From a candidate division WOR-3 bacterium (GTDB taxonomy: Bacteria; Hydrothermota; Hydrothermia; LBFQ01; DSFT01), in NCBI GenBank assembly GCA_039802865.1, contig JBDRXL010000005.1, forward strand, positions 6,099 through 70,098: a stretch of DNA of 64,000 nt, read 5' to 3'. Below the pieces are notes generated by a model that was not told where the DNA came from, did no database searches, and was given only the letters and a program-made list of their open reading frames with translations. The translations under genes and the position numbers were made by a program. Positions 39,134 to 48,564 of the stretch are shown here, piece by piece. Each line of letters begins with the position of its first letter. The stretch's first letter is position 1.

Positions 39134-40041
39134 AATTTGACAATATCTTTAAAATAAGTGCTCTTATAAGCTCAATTTTTGTAATTTTAATTCCACTTTC
39201 TATTTTAATTACTCTCTATGTGGAATCAAGTTTAGCTATTAATAAGTTTGGAATTGAATTTCTTTTCAATGCGACATGGGACCCCGTAAAGGAAGAATTT
39301 GGGGGGTTAGTTCCAATTTTAGGAACAATTTTAAGTTCAACAATAGCATTGATTTTAGCTATAATAATGGCTTTTGCAATAGCTATATTCATAACAGAGC
39401 TTTGCCCCAGATTTTTAAGAAATTTCTTTCGTTCAGTTTTTGAATTATTAGCAGCAATTCCAAGTATTATATATGGTATTTGGGGACTTTTTGTATTAGT
39501 TCCTATTATGAGAAGTTATGTGGAACCATTTTTAATTAAAAGTTTGGGATTTATATCAATTTTTAAAGGTGAGCCTTTTGGTATAGGACTTTTAACTGCA
39601 GGTATTGTTCTATCAATAATGATAATTCCATATATTTCATCTATAATGATTGATGTTTTTTTATTAGTTCCAAGTGTTTTTAGAGAATCGGCATATGCAC
39701 TTGGTGCTACGAGGTTAGAAGTTATTAAAAGTGTTGTAATTCCATATACAAAAAGTGGTATTATTGCAGGTATTATTCTTGGACTTACAAGAGCTCTTGG
39801 TGAAACTATGGCAGTTACTTTTGTAATTGGGAATTTATATAAAATTCCAAAAAATATATATGAACCCACTATTACTATTGCTTCATCCTTAGCAAATGAA
39901 TTTACAGAAGCAACAACTGACTTATATCTTTCAAGTTTGTTTTATTTGGCATTTGTTTTATTTTTCATCTCTTTAATAATTATTTCAATTTCAAGATTGC
40001 TTATTTATAGATTACAAAAATGGGAAAGAGAATCTTTTTAG
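39130..40041 (+). CDS. pstC: Phosphate ABC transporter permease PstC
   Basis: WDP....FG, LAAIPSIIYG, ESAYALGAT, RALGETMAV. Confidence 0.92.
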   Translation: MKFDNIFKISALISSIFVILIPLSILITLYVESSLAINKFGIEFLFNATWDPVKEEFGGLVPILGTILSSTIALILAIIMAFAIAIFITELCPRFLRNFFRSVFELLAAIPSIIYGIWGLFVLVPIMRSYVEPFLIKSLGFISIFKGEPFGIGLLTAGIVLSIMIIPYISSIMIDVFLLVPSVFRESAYALGATRLEVIKSVVIPYTKSGIIAGIILGLTRALGETMAVTFVIGNLYKIPKNIYEPTITIASSLANEFTEATTDLYLSSLFYLAFVLFFISLIIISISRLLIYRLQKWERESF

Positions 40042-40835
40042 ATAAAGTTTTTACTGCATTTTCTCTTATTGTTTCACTTTTTGTAATAGTTATTCTTTTT
40101 TGGATTTTAAAGGATGTTTTTATATTTGGAATTAAATCAATAAATTTGAGTTTTTTCTTAGAAGATCCAAGGCCTCCTGGAATTGAAGGAGGAGGTTTGA
40201 GAAATGCAATAGTTGGAAGTTTTATAATAACCTTTATAGCTTTAATTATTAGTTTTCCAATAGCATTATTAAGTGCTATTTATATAAATGAATATAATAG
40301 GAAAATTGCTAATGTTGTGAGATTTGTTTCAGATGTTATGTTATCTGTTCCATCAATTGTAATTGGAGCTTTTGCTTATGCTATACTTGTAAGACCTTTT
40401 AAAACATTTTCCGCAATAAGTGGCTCTTTTGCACTTGCTATAATTTCTATTCCAATAATTTTAAAAATGGTTGATGAGCTTATAAGACTTGTTCCAGATG
40501 CTACAAAAGAAGCTGCATACGCACTTGGCGCTCCAAAGTGGAAAGTTATAACAAAAATTATTTTAAGCTATGTTAAAACTGGAATTTTAACATCAATTAT
40601 ATTAGCATTTTCAAGAATTTTCGGAGAAACTGCACCCTTATTATTTACAAGTTTTAATAATAGTATGTTTGAGATAGATATAACAAAGCCTATGGCTACT
40701 TTAACTGTTAATATATTTGTATATGCAATGTCCCCTTATGAAAGTTGGCATAAACTTGCTTGGGCTGCTTCATTTTTCATCGTTATCTTCGTTTTACTTT
40801 CAAACATTATTTCAAGAACTTTACAAAAGCATTAA
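40020..40835 (+). CDS. pstA: Phosphate ABC transporter permease PstA
   Basis: GGGLRNAIVGS, SVPSIVIG, EAAYALGA, RIFGETAPLL. Confidence 0.92.
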   Translation: MGKRIFLDKVFTAFSLIVSLFVIVILFWILKDVFIFGIKSINLSFFLEDPRPPGIEGGGLRNAIVGSFIITFIALIISFPIALLSAIYINEYNRKIANVVRFVSDVMLSVPSIVIGAFAYAILVRPFKTFSAISGSFALAIISIPIILKMVDELIRLVPDATKEAAYALGAPKWKVITKIILSYVKTGILTSIILAFSRIFGETAPLLFTSFNNSMFEIDITKPMATLTVNIFVYAMSPYESWHKLAWAASFFIVIFVLLSNIISRTLQKH

Positions 40836-40884
40836 ATAATTTAGTTTTATACCATTAATTAAGTTTTAAAGGTTTAAAATTTCA

Positions 40885-40966
40885 AGCTTCCATTTAGGAA
40901 GTTGTCACAAGCTTAGCGTTGTAATAATGCCCTCCACCCACACCCCTTTGGGGGTGGGCTAATCAC
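40885..40966. other. Two intergenic hairpins, each followed by TCAC (terminator or IS200/IS605-like end remnant)
   Basis: CTTCC-ATTTA-GGAAG then TTGTCAC; CCCAC(A)CCCC-TTT-GGGGGTGGG then CTAATCAC. Confidence 0.4.
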
Positions 40967-41036
40967 TTTAAAATTTTCAATCAAACTCAAATTTATATTT
41001 AGCTTAATAAAGCAAGTTATAAAAACAAAACTAAAT

Positions 41037-41936
41037 ATGAGGGAGCTTGAATTTAAAGCAAATAAAATAGATGAAAATTTAGAAGTGCTTGGAAATGCAT
41101 ATGCTTACATTTACTATTTGAAAGTTAATAATTTAAATATCTTAATTGATACAGGAACTGCATTTTATGGAGAAAAATTAAAAAACCATCTTAAAGAAAG
41201 GGGAGTTGAAAAAATTGATTATTTATTATTAACCCATTCACATTACGACCATATTGGAGGAGTTCCTATATTAATAGAAAATTTTCAAGTTAATAGAATT
41301 TTTGCCCATAGCTATATGAAAAATGTATTTAAAAGCCAAAGAGCAATAAACTTAATAAATCAATTAAACATTATTGAGCTTAAAGTTTTAAATCCATTTA
41401 TGAAATATGAATTTAAGCCTTTTGAAATAACTGATGAAGTTAAAGAAGGAGATAGTTTAAACTTTGGAGATATAAAAATTGAATTCTTTGAAACCCCTGG
41501 CCATACCAAAGATTCTGTATCATATTATATTTTACCATATAAAATTTTAGTGCTTGGAGAAGCGGGAGGGGTTCCAAATAAAGATGACAGTTATATATTA
41601 CCCCAATTTTTATCAAGCTTGGAAGATTACTTAAATAGCCTAAATAAAATTATGAATTTAGAAATTGAAATACTTGGACTTCCCCATGAGCATCTTATTT
41701 TTGGAAAGGAAAACATTAAAAATTATCTTCAAAGCTCTTTAAAAACAACGTATGAATATGTAGAAATTATACAAAAAGCTATAATTGAATTAAAAAATTT
41801 TGAAAAAATTATGGATTATTTAACAGAAGAAATACACCAAAAGAAAAATATATCACAACCAATTCATGCATTTAGAGAAAATTTAAAGGCTCAAATTATT
41901 GCGGTTGCTCGCTCAAAAAATTTAACGCTATCCTAA
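41037..41936 (+). CDS. MBL-fold metallo-hydrolase
   Basis: IDTG, THSHYDHIGG, TPGHT, LPH. Confidence 0.88.
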   Translation: MRELEFKANKIDENLEVLGNAYAYIYYLKVNNLNILIDTGTAFYGEKLKNHLKERGVEKIDYLLLTHSHYDHIGGVPILIENFQVNRIFAHSYMKNVFKSQRAINLINQLNIIELKVLNPFMKYEFKPFEITDEVKEGDSLNFGDIKIEFFETPGHTKDSVSYYILPYKILVLGEAGGVPNKDDSYILPQFLSSLEDYLNSLNKIMNLEIEILGLPHEHLIFGKENIKNYLQSSLKTTYEYVEIIQKAIIELKNFEKIMDYLTEEIHQKKNISQPIHAFRENLKAQIIAVARSKNLTLS

Positions 41937-42771
41937 CATCTCTTTCAATTTTCTTCCTTAAATCTTCTAAATTATCAAATTTTTTTGCTTCACTTATAAA
42001 TTTTATAAATTCCGTTTTTACTATTTCACCATAAATCTCTTCATTAAAATCAAAAACATAACTTTCAATAACTTGCCCCACATAAGTAGCAGAATAATAA
42101 ATTTTATTCTTAATATATGATTTTGTCAAATAAACACCTTGCTTTGGAATCAATTTTTCTTCACTAACTTTTATATTTATTGTAGGAAAGCCAATTTCTT
42201 TACCAAGCCCCTTTCCCTTAATAACTTCACCCTTTACAAAATAATTATATCCCAACAATTTATTCGCAATTTCAATTTTTCCTTCTTTTATAAATTTTCT
42301 TATATTACTTGAGCTAATCTCAATTCCTTCTAATTCAATTGGTGGCATAATTATAAGTCCAAATTTAAAATTTTCAACATTTTGACTTAAAAATACTTTA
42401 TCCCCTTCCCTTCTATTTCCAAACTTATGATTATAACCAATCACAATCCACTTTACCTTAAAATTCTCCTTTAATATCTTTAAGAATTCTTCCCTTTTAA
42501 TATCAAAAACACTTCTATCAAGCAATACTACATAATCAAAATTAAAATTCTTTAACATTTCAAGTTTTTCATCCTTTGTTAAAATTAAATCCTTATTTAA
42601 ATGGGGATGCTCTATGAATGTAAAAATTAAACTTCTGATATTAAAATATTTAGATAAATCAAGAGTAACATTTATTAATAACTTGTGGGCTAAATGGAAA
42701 CCATCAAATGAGCCAATTGTAATACAAGTTTCATCCTCTATCTTTGAGCTTGAAAAATTCAAGAATTTCAT
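41896..42771 (-). CDS. ribF: Bifunctional riboflavin kinase/FAD synthetase
   Basis: IGSFDGFHLAH, GYNHKFG, ISSSNIR, GKEIGFPTIN, ESYVFDF. Confidence 0.93.
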   Translation of the reverse strand: MKFLNFSSSKIEDETCITIGSFDGFHLAHKLLINVTLDLSKYFNIRSLIFTFIEHPHLNKDLILTKDEKLEMLKNFNFDYVVLLDRSVFDIKREEFLKILKENFKVKWIVIGYNHKFGNRREGDKVFLSQNVENFKFGLIIMPPIELEGIEISSSNIRKFIKEGKIEIANKLLGYNYFVKGEVIKGKGLGKEIGFPTINIKVSEEKLIPKQGVYLTKSYIKNKIYYSATYVGQVIESYVFDFNEEIYGEIVKTEFIKFISEAKKFDNLEDLRKKIERDVRIALNFLSEQPQ

Positions 42772-42805
42772 TTAGTTTAAAATTTTAAAGCTTTATAATT
42801 TTCAA

Positions 42806-45514
42806 ATGCTTGAACTTATCCTTCTTACTTATTTTGGGAAAAATAAAATTCAATATAAGGATTTTGATTGGAAGATTGCCCAAAGTGAGCATTTTAAAGT
42901 ATTCTATTATGATGGTGGTGAATATCTAAAAGACTTTGCAATTGCTGTTTTAGAAGAAGCTTTTGAGGAATATAAAACAATAATGCCAAGAATTCCAAGA
43001 GATAAAATTCCTGTTATAATTTATAATTCCGCAGAAGATTTTAGACAAACAAATGTTATATTTGATTTAATTGATGAGGGTGTTGGTGGATTTACAGAAG
43101 TTTTCAAAAATAGAATTGTAGTTCCATTTTTTAATTCTTATGAAGACTTTAAACATGTTTTAAGACATGAATTAGTTCATGCATTTCAATATGAAGCTTT
43201 ATCTACTACTGGCTCTTTATTATCAAATGTTGGAAGAATTCCACTTTGGGTTATGGAAGGTATGGCGGAATATGTTTCAATTGGTTGGGATATTACAGGA
43301 GAAACATTTATAAGGGATTTAGTTTTAAATGATTTAATTGTTCCTGTTGAAAATTTATCCTATTATGGAGGATATTTAATTTATAAGCAAGGACAAGCAA
43401 TTTATTATTTTATTGAAAAGGAGTATTCAAGAACTAAACTTAAAGAATTTATATCAAATGCCTTAATGATGTATGACTTAAATAATGCAATTAGAAGAAC
43501 ATTTAATATGTCCATAGAAGAGTTTTCAAGAAAATTTAATATATTTTTAAAAGAACGATATTATCCAGATTTAAGAGAATTTAAACTTCCTTCAAATATT
43601 GTAAGAATTACAAATAGTAGAAAAGGTCAAGGTTATTTTAATATAGCACCCGCTATTGACCCAGATGCAAATAAAATTGTTTTTATTTCTGATAGAAGTG
43701 ATTATAGTGATATTTATATATCAACTATTACTGGTTCTTCACAAAAAAGAATTATTTCTGGACAAACAAAACCAGATTTAGAAAATTTACATCTTCTCTC
43801 TGCAAGAATATCCTTTTCAAATGATGGTAATTATTTTACTTTTATAGCAAGGGGGAAAGGTTATGATATTATTTATATTTCAGATACAAAAGGTAAAATT
43901 ATTAGGAAAATTGAGCTAAAAAAATTAGATGGAGCAAACTATCCAAAATTTTCAAGAGATGATAAATTTATAGCTTTTATTGGATTAAAAGATGGAAAAC
44001 AAGATGTTTATTTGTATAACTTAAAGACAAATGTTTTAAGAAGACTTACAAATGATTATTTTAATGATTTGTTCCCAACATTTGACGAAGAAGGGAATAT
44101 ATATTTTATAAGCGATAGAAATGAGAGTATTTATAATTTTGGAAATTATGCAGTTTTTAAATATGACATAAAAAATGATAGTATTCATCAGATAACACCA
44201 TATTTTGGTAAAATTCATTATTTTGATTTAAGGAATGGAAACCCTGTTCTTTCACTTGAATATAAAGGAACAATTAATGTTTTTGAATATAAAAATAATA
44301 AACTTTATATGCTAACGAACTTCCCAAGTGCTGTATATAGCTTTTCATTTGATAAAACAGGAGAAAAAATGGTTATTAATTTACAATATGAAGGAGCAAG
44401 AGAAATTTTCTATGTGCCTGAAATTAGAATTTTAGATAGCATAGATATACCAAATAGTAATTTTATGAGTTTTAAGGTTTTGGATTATAAGAATTATAAA
44501 TATAAGACGGAATTTTCATTAAGCTGGCTTTCAGGAATTGCAGTTGGAAGCAATTTAGGGCTTGGAGGATATGTTACATTTGGATTTAGTGATTGGACTG
44601 GTGATAACTGGATTATATTCCAAACTCAATCATATATTACTGATATTTCAAATGCTATATTTTTCTTTGATTATTTATATCTTAAAAAGCGCTGGGATTT
44701 AGATGCATCCGCATACCAATACTGGTCAATAAGTTATTTAGATAAATATAACTCATTCTCATATGATAAAATTTTGGGCTCTAATCTATTAGTTTATTAT
44801 CCTTTTAATAGATTTGATAGGCTTGAATTTGGAATTTCTTACAATTATTATACAAGGTATATTGGGAATTTTACATTCATAGGATTTTTATATGATTCCA
44901 TTTTATATAGGCATGGTTTAAGTGGTTATGTTGGATTTTCAAGGGATAAAATTTTATATTATCCTTGGGGACCTGTTCAAGGGCATGGGTTTTTTATAGC
45001 ATTTCAACCATATTTACCTTTTTCACAAATCAAAAATCATATTATTTATGGTGATTTTCGCTATTATTTAAGATTTGCTAAAAGATATACTCTTGCTTTT
45101 AGAACCATAGGTTATAAGTCTTTTGGTGAAGATAGAGAGGGAACAATATTATATGGACCTGATTTAATTAGAGGTTGGACACTTGATACAATTTTAATTG
45201 GAAATAATGCTTTTATCACAAATTTAGAATTTAGATTTCCTTTTATTGATTATTTAAAGCTTGGTTTTCCTATTCCTTTAACTATATCTTCTATAAGAGG
45301 AGCAATTTTTTATGATATAGGTTCTGCTTGGTTTGATAATGATTTTAAGTTTTTTGATAATGATAGTTTATATACACCAAAATCCGCTTTTGGCTTTAAT
45401 ATCTCTGTATTTTTAGGATTTGGAAATATATATCTTACTTGGGCTTGGCGCACAAACCTAAAATATACTGAAAGTTCCCCTAATTTTAGTATATATTTTG
45501 GATTGGATTATTAA
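42806..45514 (+). CDS. Outer-membrane protein: peptidase MA-like domain, TolB-like propeller and BamA/TamA-like barrel
   Basis: YFGKNKIQY, HELVHAF (HExxH), WVMEGMAE, PD40-like repeats, C-terminal FSIYFGLDY. Confidence 0.8.
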   Translation: MLELILLTYFGKNKIQYKDFDWKIAQSEHFKVFYYDGGEYLKDFAIAVLEEAFEEYKTIMPRIPRDKIPVIIYNSAEDFRQTNVIFDLIDEGVGGFTEVFKNRIVVPFFNSYEDFKHVLRHELVHAFQYEALSTTGSLLSNVGRIPLWVMEGMAEYVSIGWDITGETFIRDLVLNDLIVPVENLSYYGGYLIYKQGQAIYYFIEKEYSRTKLKEFISNALMMYDLNNAIRRTFNMSIEEFSRKFNIFLKERYYPDLREFKLPSNIVRITNSRKGQGYFNIAPAIDPDANKIVFISDRSDYSDIYISTITGSSQKRIISGQTKPDLENLHLLSARISFSNDGNYFTFIARGKGYDIIYISDTKGKIIRKIELKKLDGANYPKFSRDDKFIAFIGLKDGKQDVYLYNLKTNVLRRLTNDYFNDLFPTFDEEGNIYFISDRNESIYNFGNYAVFKYDIKNDSIHQITPYFGKIHYFDLRNGNPVLSLEYKGTINVFEYKNNKLYMLTNFPSAVYSFSFDKTGEKMVINLQYEGAREIFYVPEIRILDSIDIPNSNFMSFKVLDYKNYKYKTEFSLSWLSGIAVGSNLGLGGYVTFGFSDWTGDNWIIFQTQSYITDISNAIFFFDYLYLKKRWDLDASAYQYWSISYLDKYNSFSYDKILGSNLLVYYPFNRFDRLEFGISYNYYTRYIGNFTFIGFLYDSILYRHGLSGYVGFSRDKILYYPWGPVQGHGFFIAFQPYLPFSQIKNHIIYGDFRYYLRFAKRYTLAFRTIGYKSFGEDREGTILYGPDLIRGWTLDTILIGNNAFITNLEFRFPFIDYLKLGFPIPLTISSIRGAIFYDIGSAWFDNDFKFFDNDSLYTPKSAFGFNISVFLGFGNIYLTWAWRTNLKYTESSPNFSIYFGLDY

Positions 45515-45516
45515 AT

Positions 45517-46176
45517 ATGATTAAAATTGTAAATTTATCAAAAAGTTTTGGAAATAAAAAAGTTTTAGAGAATGTAAATTTTGAAGTAAGTAAAGGAGAG
45601 TTTGTTTTTATAATTGGGGAAAGTGGTATTGGAAAGACGACATTATTAAAGCATTTATATTTAGAGGAATTTGCTGATAGTGGAGAAATTTATATATTTA
45701 ATAAGTTAATAGATAAAAATATCAAACAAAAGGAAATTCAACTTTTAAGAAGGAAAATTGGAGTTATATTTCAAGATTATAAAATTTTGCCTGATAGAAC
45801 AGTTTATGAAAATGTTATTTTGCCTTTAAGATATATGGGCTTATCAAAAGCTGTTTGTGAGGAAAGAGTTGAATTTGCTCTAAAATTTACAAAACTTATT
45901 GAAAGGAAAAATGACTATCCTTATTATTTATCTGGTGGAGAACAACAAAGGATAGCAATTGCAAGAGCAATAGCTAGACAACCAGAAATTTTATTAGCAG
46001 ATGAACCAACGGGAAATTTAGATTTTAACACTTCATTAGAAATTTTAAAAATTTTAATTGATTTGAATTTTCAAGGTATGACAATAATTATGGCAACACA
46101 TGATTTAGAGTTAATTAAGTATTATGACAATGCAAAAGTTTATAAAATTGAAGGTTATAAAATTGTAAAGCTTTAA
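45517..46176 (+). CDS. ftsE: Cell-division ABC ATPase FtsE-like
   Basis: GESGIGKTT, LRRKIGVIFQDYK, LSGGEQQR, LADEPTGNLD, MATHD. Confidence 0.75.
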   Translation: MIKIVNLSKSFGNKKVLENVNFEVSKGEFVFIIGESGIGKTTLLKHLYLEEFADSGEIYIFNKLIDKNIKQKEIQLLRRKIGVIFQDYKILPDRTVYENVILPLRYMGLSKAVCEERVEFALKFTKLIERKNDYPYYLSGGEQQRIAIARAIARQPEILLADEPTGNLDFNTSLEILKILIDLNFQGMTIIMATHDLELIKYYDNAKVYKIEGYKIVKL

Positions 46177-46212
46177 AATTTCAAAAAGTGTATTTTAAAG
46201 AGGAGGTTTAAA

Positions 46213-46770
46213 ATGAACAAAGAAAATGTAAATGTAGCTTTTGAGTTACTTCTTGAAGAGATTGAGAGTGTTATAAATGAGTTGGATAAAGAGGCTGAAA
46301 AGGCTCTTAAAAATTCTGATTATGAAAATGCAAAAGAAACTATTGAAAAAATAATAAAATTAACAATATTCAGGGAAAAAGTTAAAGAACTTAAAAAAGA
46401 ATGGGGGAGTTTCCTTATACCTACTACTACAATAAAAACTTATAAAAAACTTCCAAGAGGTTTAAGAACTCCAGAAGATGAATTTATAATTCCTATACTT
46501 GAAAGTATAGAGGAACTCGGCGGTAAAGCTCCAATGAGGGAAGTATTAAAGAAGGTTGAACAAAAAATGAGAAACAAACTTAATGAATATGATTACGAGG
46601 AACTTCCTTCAGAACCATCTAAAAAAAGATGGGAAAATACCGCTCAATGGTGTAGAAACACATTAGTAAGTGAAGGATTACTTTCTAACAATTCTCCACG
46701 TGGTATATGGGAAATAACTGATAAGGGAAGAGCTTATTTATTTAAATTTAAGAAAAATAATGTATCTTAA
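46213..46770 (+). CDS. Helical N-terminus plus Mrr N-terminal winged-helix domain, no nuclease domain
   Basis: PILESIEELGG, RWENTAQWCR..LVSEGLL..PRGIWEITDKG; SD gaggagg. Confidence 0.72.
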   Translation: MNKENVNVAFELLLEEIESVINELDKEAEKALKNSDYENAKETIEKIIKLTIFREKVKELKKEWGSFLIPTTTIKTYKKLPRGLRTPEDEFIIPILESIEELGGKAPMREVLKKVEQKMRNKLNEYDYEELPSEPSKKRWENTAQWCRNTLVSEGLLSNNSPRGIWEITDKGRAYLFKFKKNNVS

Positions 46771-47029
46771 AAAGGTTGTAATTGTTAATAAACTTGGTAT
46801 TCATGCAAGACCTGCTACAAAAATAACAGAAATTGCAAACAAATTTGTTTCAGAAATATATATAGAAAAGGATGGAATGGTTGCAAATGCAAAAAGTATC
46901 CTTGGTATTTTAATGTTAGTGGCTCCAAAAGGAACTGAACTAATAATAAGAGCAGAAGGACCCGATGAAGTAGAAGCAGTTGAAAGTATTGCAAAAATAA
47001 TTGAAGAAGGTTTTGGAGAGGAAATATGA
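46760..47029 (+). CDS. ptsH: Phosphocarrier protein HPr
   Basis: GIHARPA (His15), NAKSILG (Ser46). Confidence 0.95.
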   Translation: MYLKKVVIVNKLGIHARPATKITEIANKFVSEIYIEKDGMVANAKSILGILMLVAPKGTELIIRAEGPDEVEAVESIAKIIEEGFGEEI

Positions 47030-48564
47030 AATTAAGAGGCATAGCTATTGTAAAAGGTTATACAGCGGGAGAAATTTTCATAGTAGATAGTAGTTATGAT
47101 AATGAAAATAATGATATTAAAATAGAGCAAGTAGAGGAAGCAATAAAACTTTATATTAACTATTTAATGGAAGAAGTTGAGGGGATGGAAAACAAATATA
47201 AGGAATATGCGAATTTTTATATAAACTTATTAAAAAGTCCAACTTTTATTCAAAATATAAAAAGCAAAGGAAATAACATTATCCAATCCATAAGCTTAGC
47301 AATTGATGAAATTGCCAATAAAATGTTAGAAATAAATGATGAGCACTATAAAAGCATTTCAAATGAGTTAAAATTTTTTAAAAATGAATTGTTAGACTTT
47401 ATAAGAGGAAGAGTTGATAATTTAGAAATTAAACAAAATAGCATAATAGTTGCAAAAAATTTAACTGTAAGGCAGAGTTTAAAAGCTATTAAAAGTAATA
47501 TAAAAGGAGCAATTCTAGAAACATCCGCTTTAACTTCCCATCCTGTTTTAATTTTAAAAGATAAAGGAATACCTACAATTATAGGTATAGAAAATGCTGT
47601 AAATATCGCTAAAAATTACAAATATGCAATTTTAAATGATGATGAAGTTGAATTTACAAATGAAACTTTAATTTTTCAAACAAAAAGCATTGATATAATT
47701 TATGATAAGGACGAATTTGAAACGAAAGATGGAATAAAAGTAAAAGTTCAAATAAATATTGACTTTCCAAGTGAAATAGAAAAAATTAAAAATTTTGACA
47801 TTGGACTATTTAGAACAGAATACTTATATTTAAATGGAATTATAGGAAAAAATGAGCAAAAAGATATTTACGAATATATGAGTCAAAAAGTTTATCCAAA
47901 AATTTTAACAATAAGATTATTTGACCTTGGAGGGGATAAAGTTCCACTTTCCCTTGAAAATACATCAGTTAGAGGGATTAGATATTTATTAAATTATAAT
48001 AGAGAGCTTTTAAATAAGCAAATAAGCGCAATAAAATTGGCAAATAAATTAAAAAATATAAGGATTTTAATTCCAATGGTATCTTCTGTTGAAGAAGTTA
48101 TTGAAATTAGAAAGCTAATAGAAGATATTGATATTGGAATTATGGTTGAAACACCATCATCAGCACTTATAACAGATAGATTTAAGAAATATGTTCAATT
48201 TTTTAGTCTTGGAACTAATGACCTTAGTCAATATACCCTTGCAATAAGTAGAAATGATATAAACTTTCAACAATTTCATCCAAGCATATTTAGATTAATT
48301 TACTATTCATTTTCTAAATCAAAACCAAAGCCTTTTAGTGTTTGTGGAGATATGGCAAGCAATGACTTGGGATTAATTGCTTTATTGTCATTTGGAATTA
48401 GGATTATATCAATTCCTATTTCTTATGTTAATAGGGCTAAGGAAATAATTGGAAAATTAAATAAACAAATGCTTTCTGAAATATCAAGAAAAATTATAAC
48501 TGCACATAAAGAGGAGGATATTTTAAAATGCTTGAACTATTACTTGGATATTTTATCAAAGTAA
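47026..48564 (+). CDS. ptsI: PEP-protein phosphotransferase (Enzyme I), divergent
   Basis: TSHP, GLFRTE, RLFDLGGDK, MVETPS, GTNDLSQY, VCGD. Confidence 0.85.
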   Translation: MKLRGIAIVKGYTAGEIFIVDSSYDNENNDIKIEQVEEAIKLYINYLMEEVEGMENKYKEYANFYINLLKSPTFIQNIKSKGNNIIQSISLAIDEIANKMLEINDEHYKSISNELKFFKNELLDFIRGRVDNLEIKQNSIIVAKNLTVRQSLKAIKSNIKGAILETSALTSHPVLILKDKGIPTIIGIENAVNIAKNYKYAILNDDEVEFTNETLIFQTKSIDIIYDKDEFETKDGIKVKVQINIDFPSEIEKIKNFDIGLFRTEYLYLNGIIGKNEQKDIYEYMSQKVYPKILTIRLFDLGGDKVPLSLENTSVRGIRYLLNYNRELLNKQISAIKLANKLKNIRILIPMVSSVEEVIEIRKLIEDIDIGIMVETPSSALITDRFKKYVQFFSLGTNDLSQYTLAISRNDINFQQFHPSIFRLIYYSFSKSKPKPFSVCGDMASNDLGLIALLSFGIRIISIPISYVNRAKEIIGKLNKQMLSEISRKIITAHKEEDILKCLNYYLDILSK

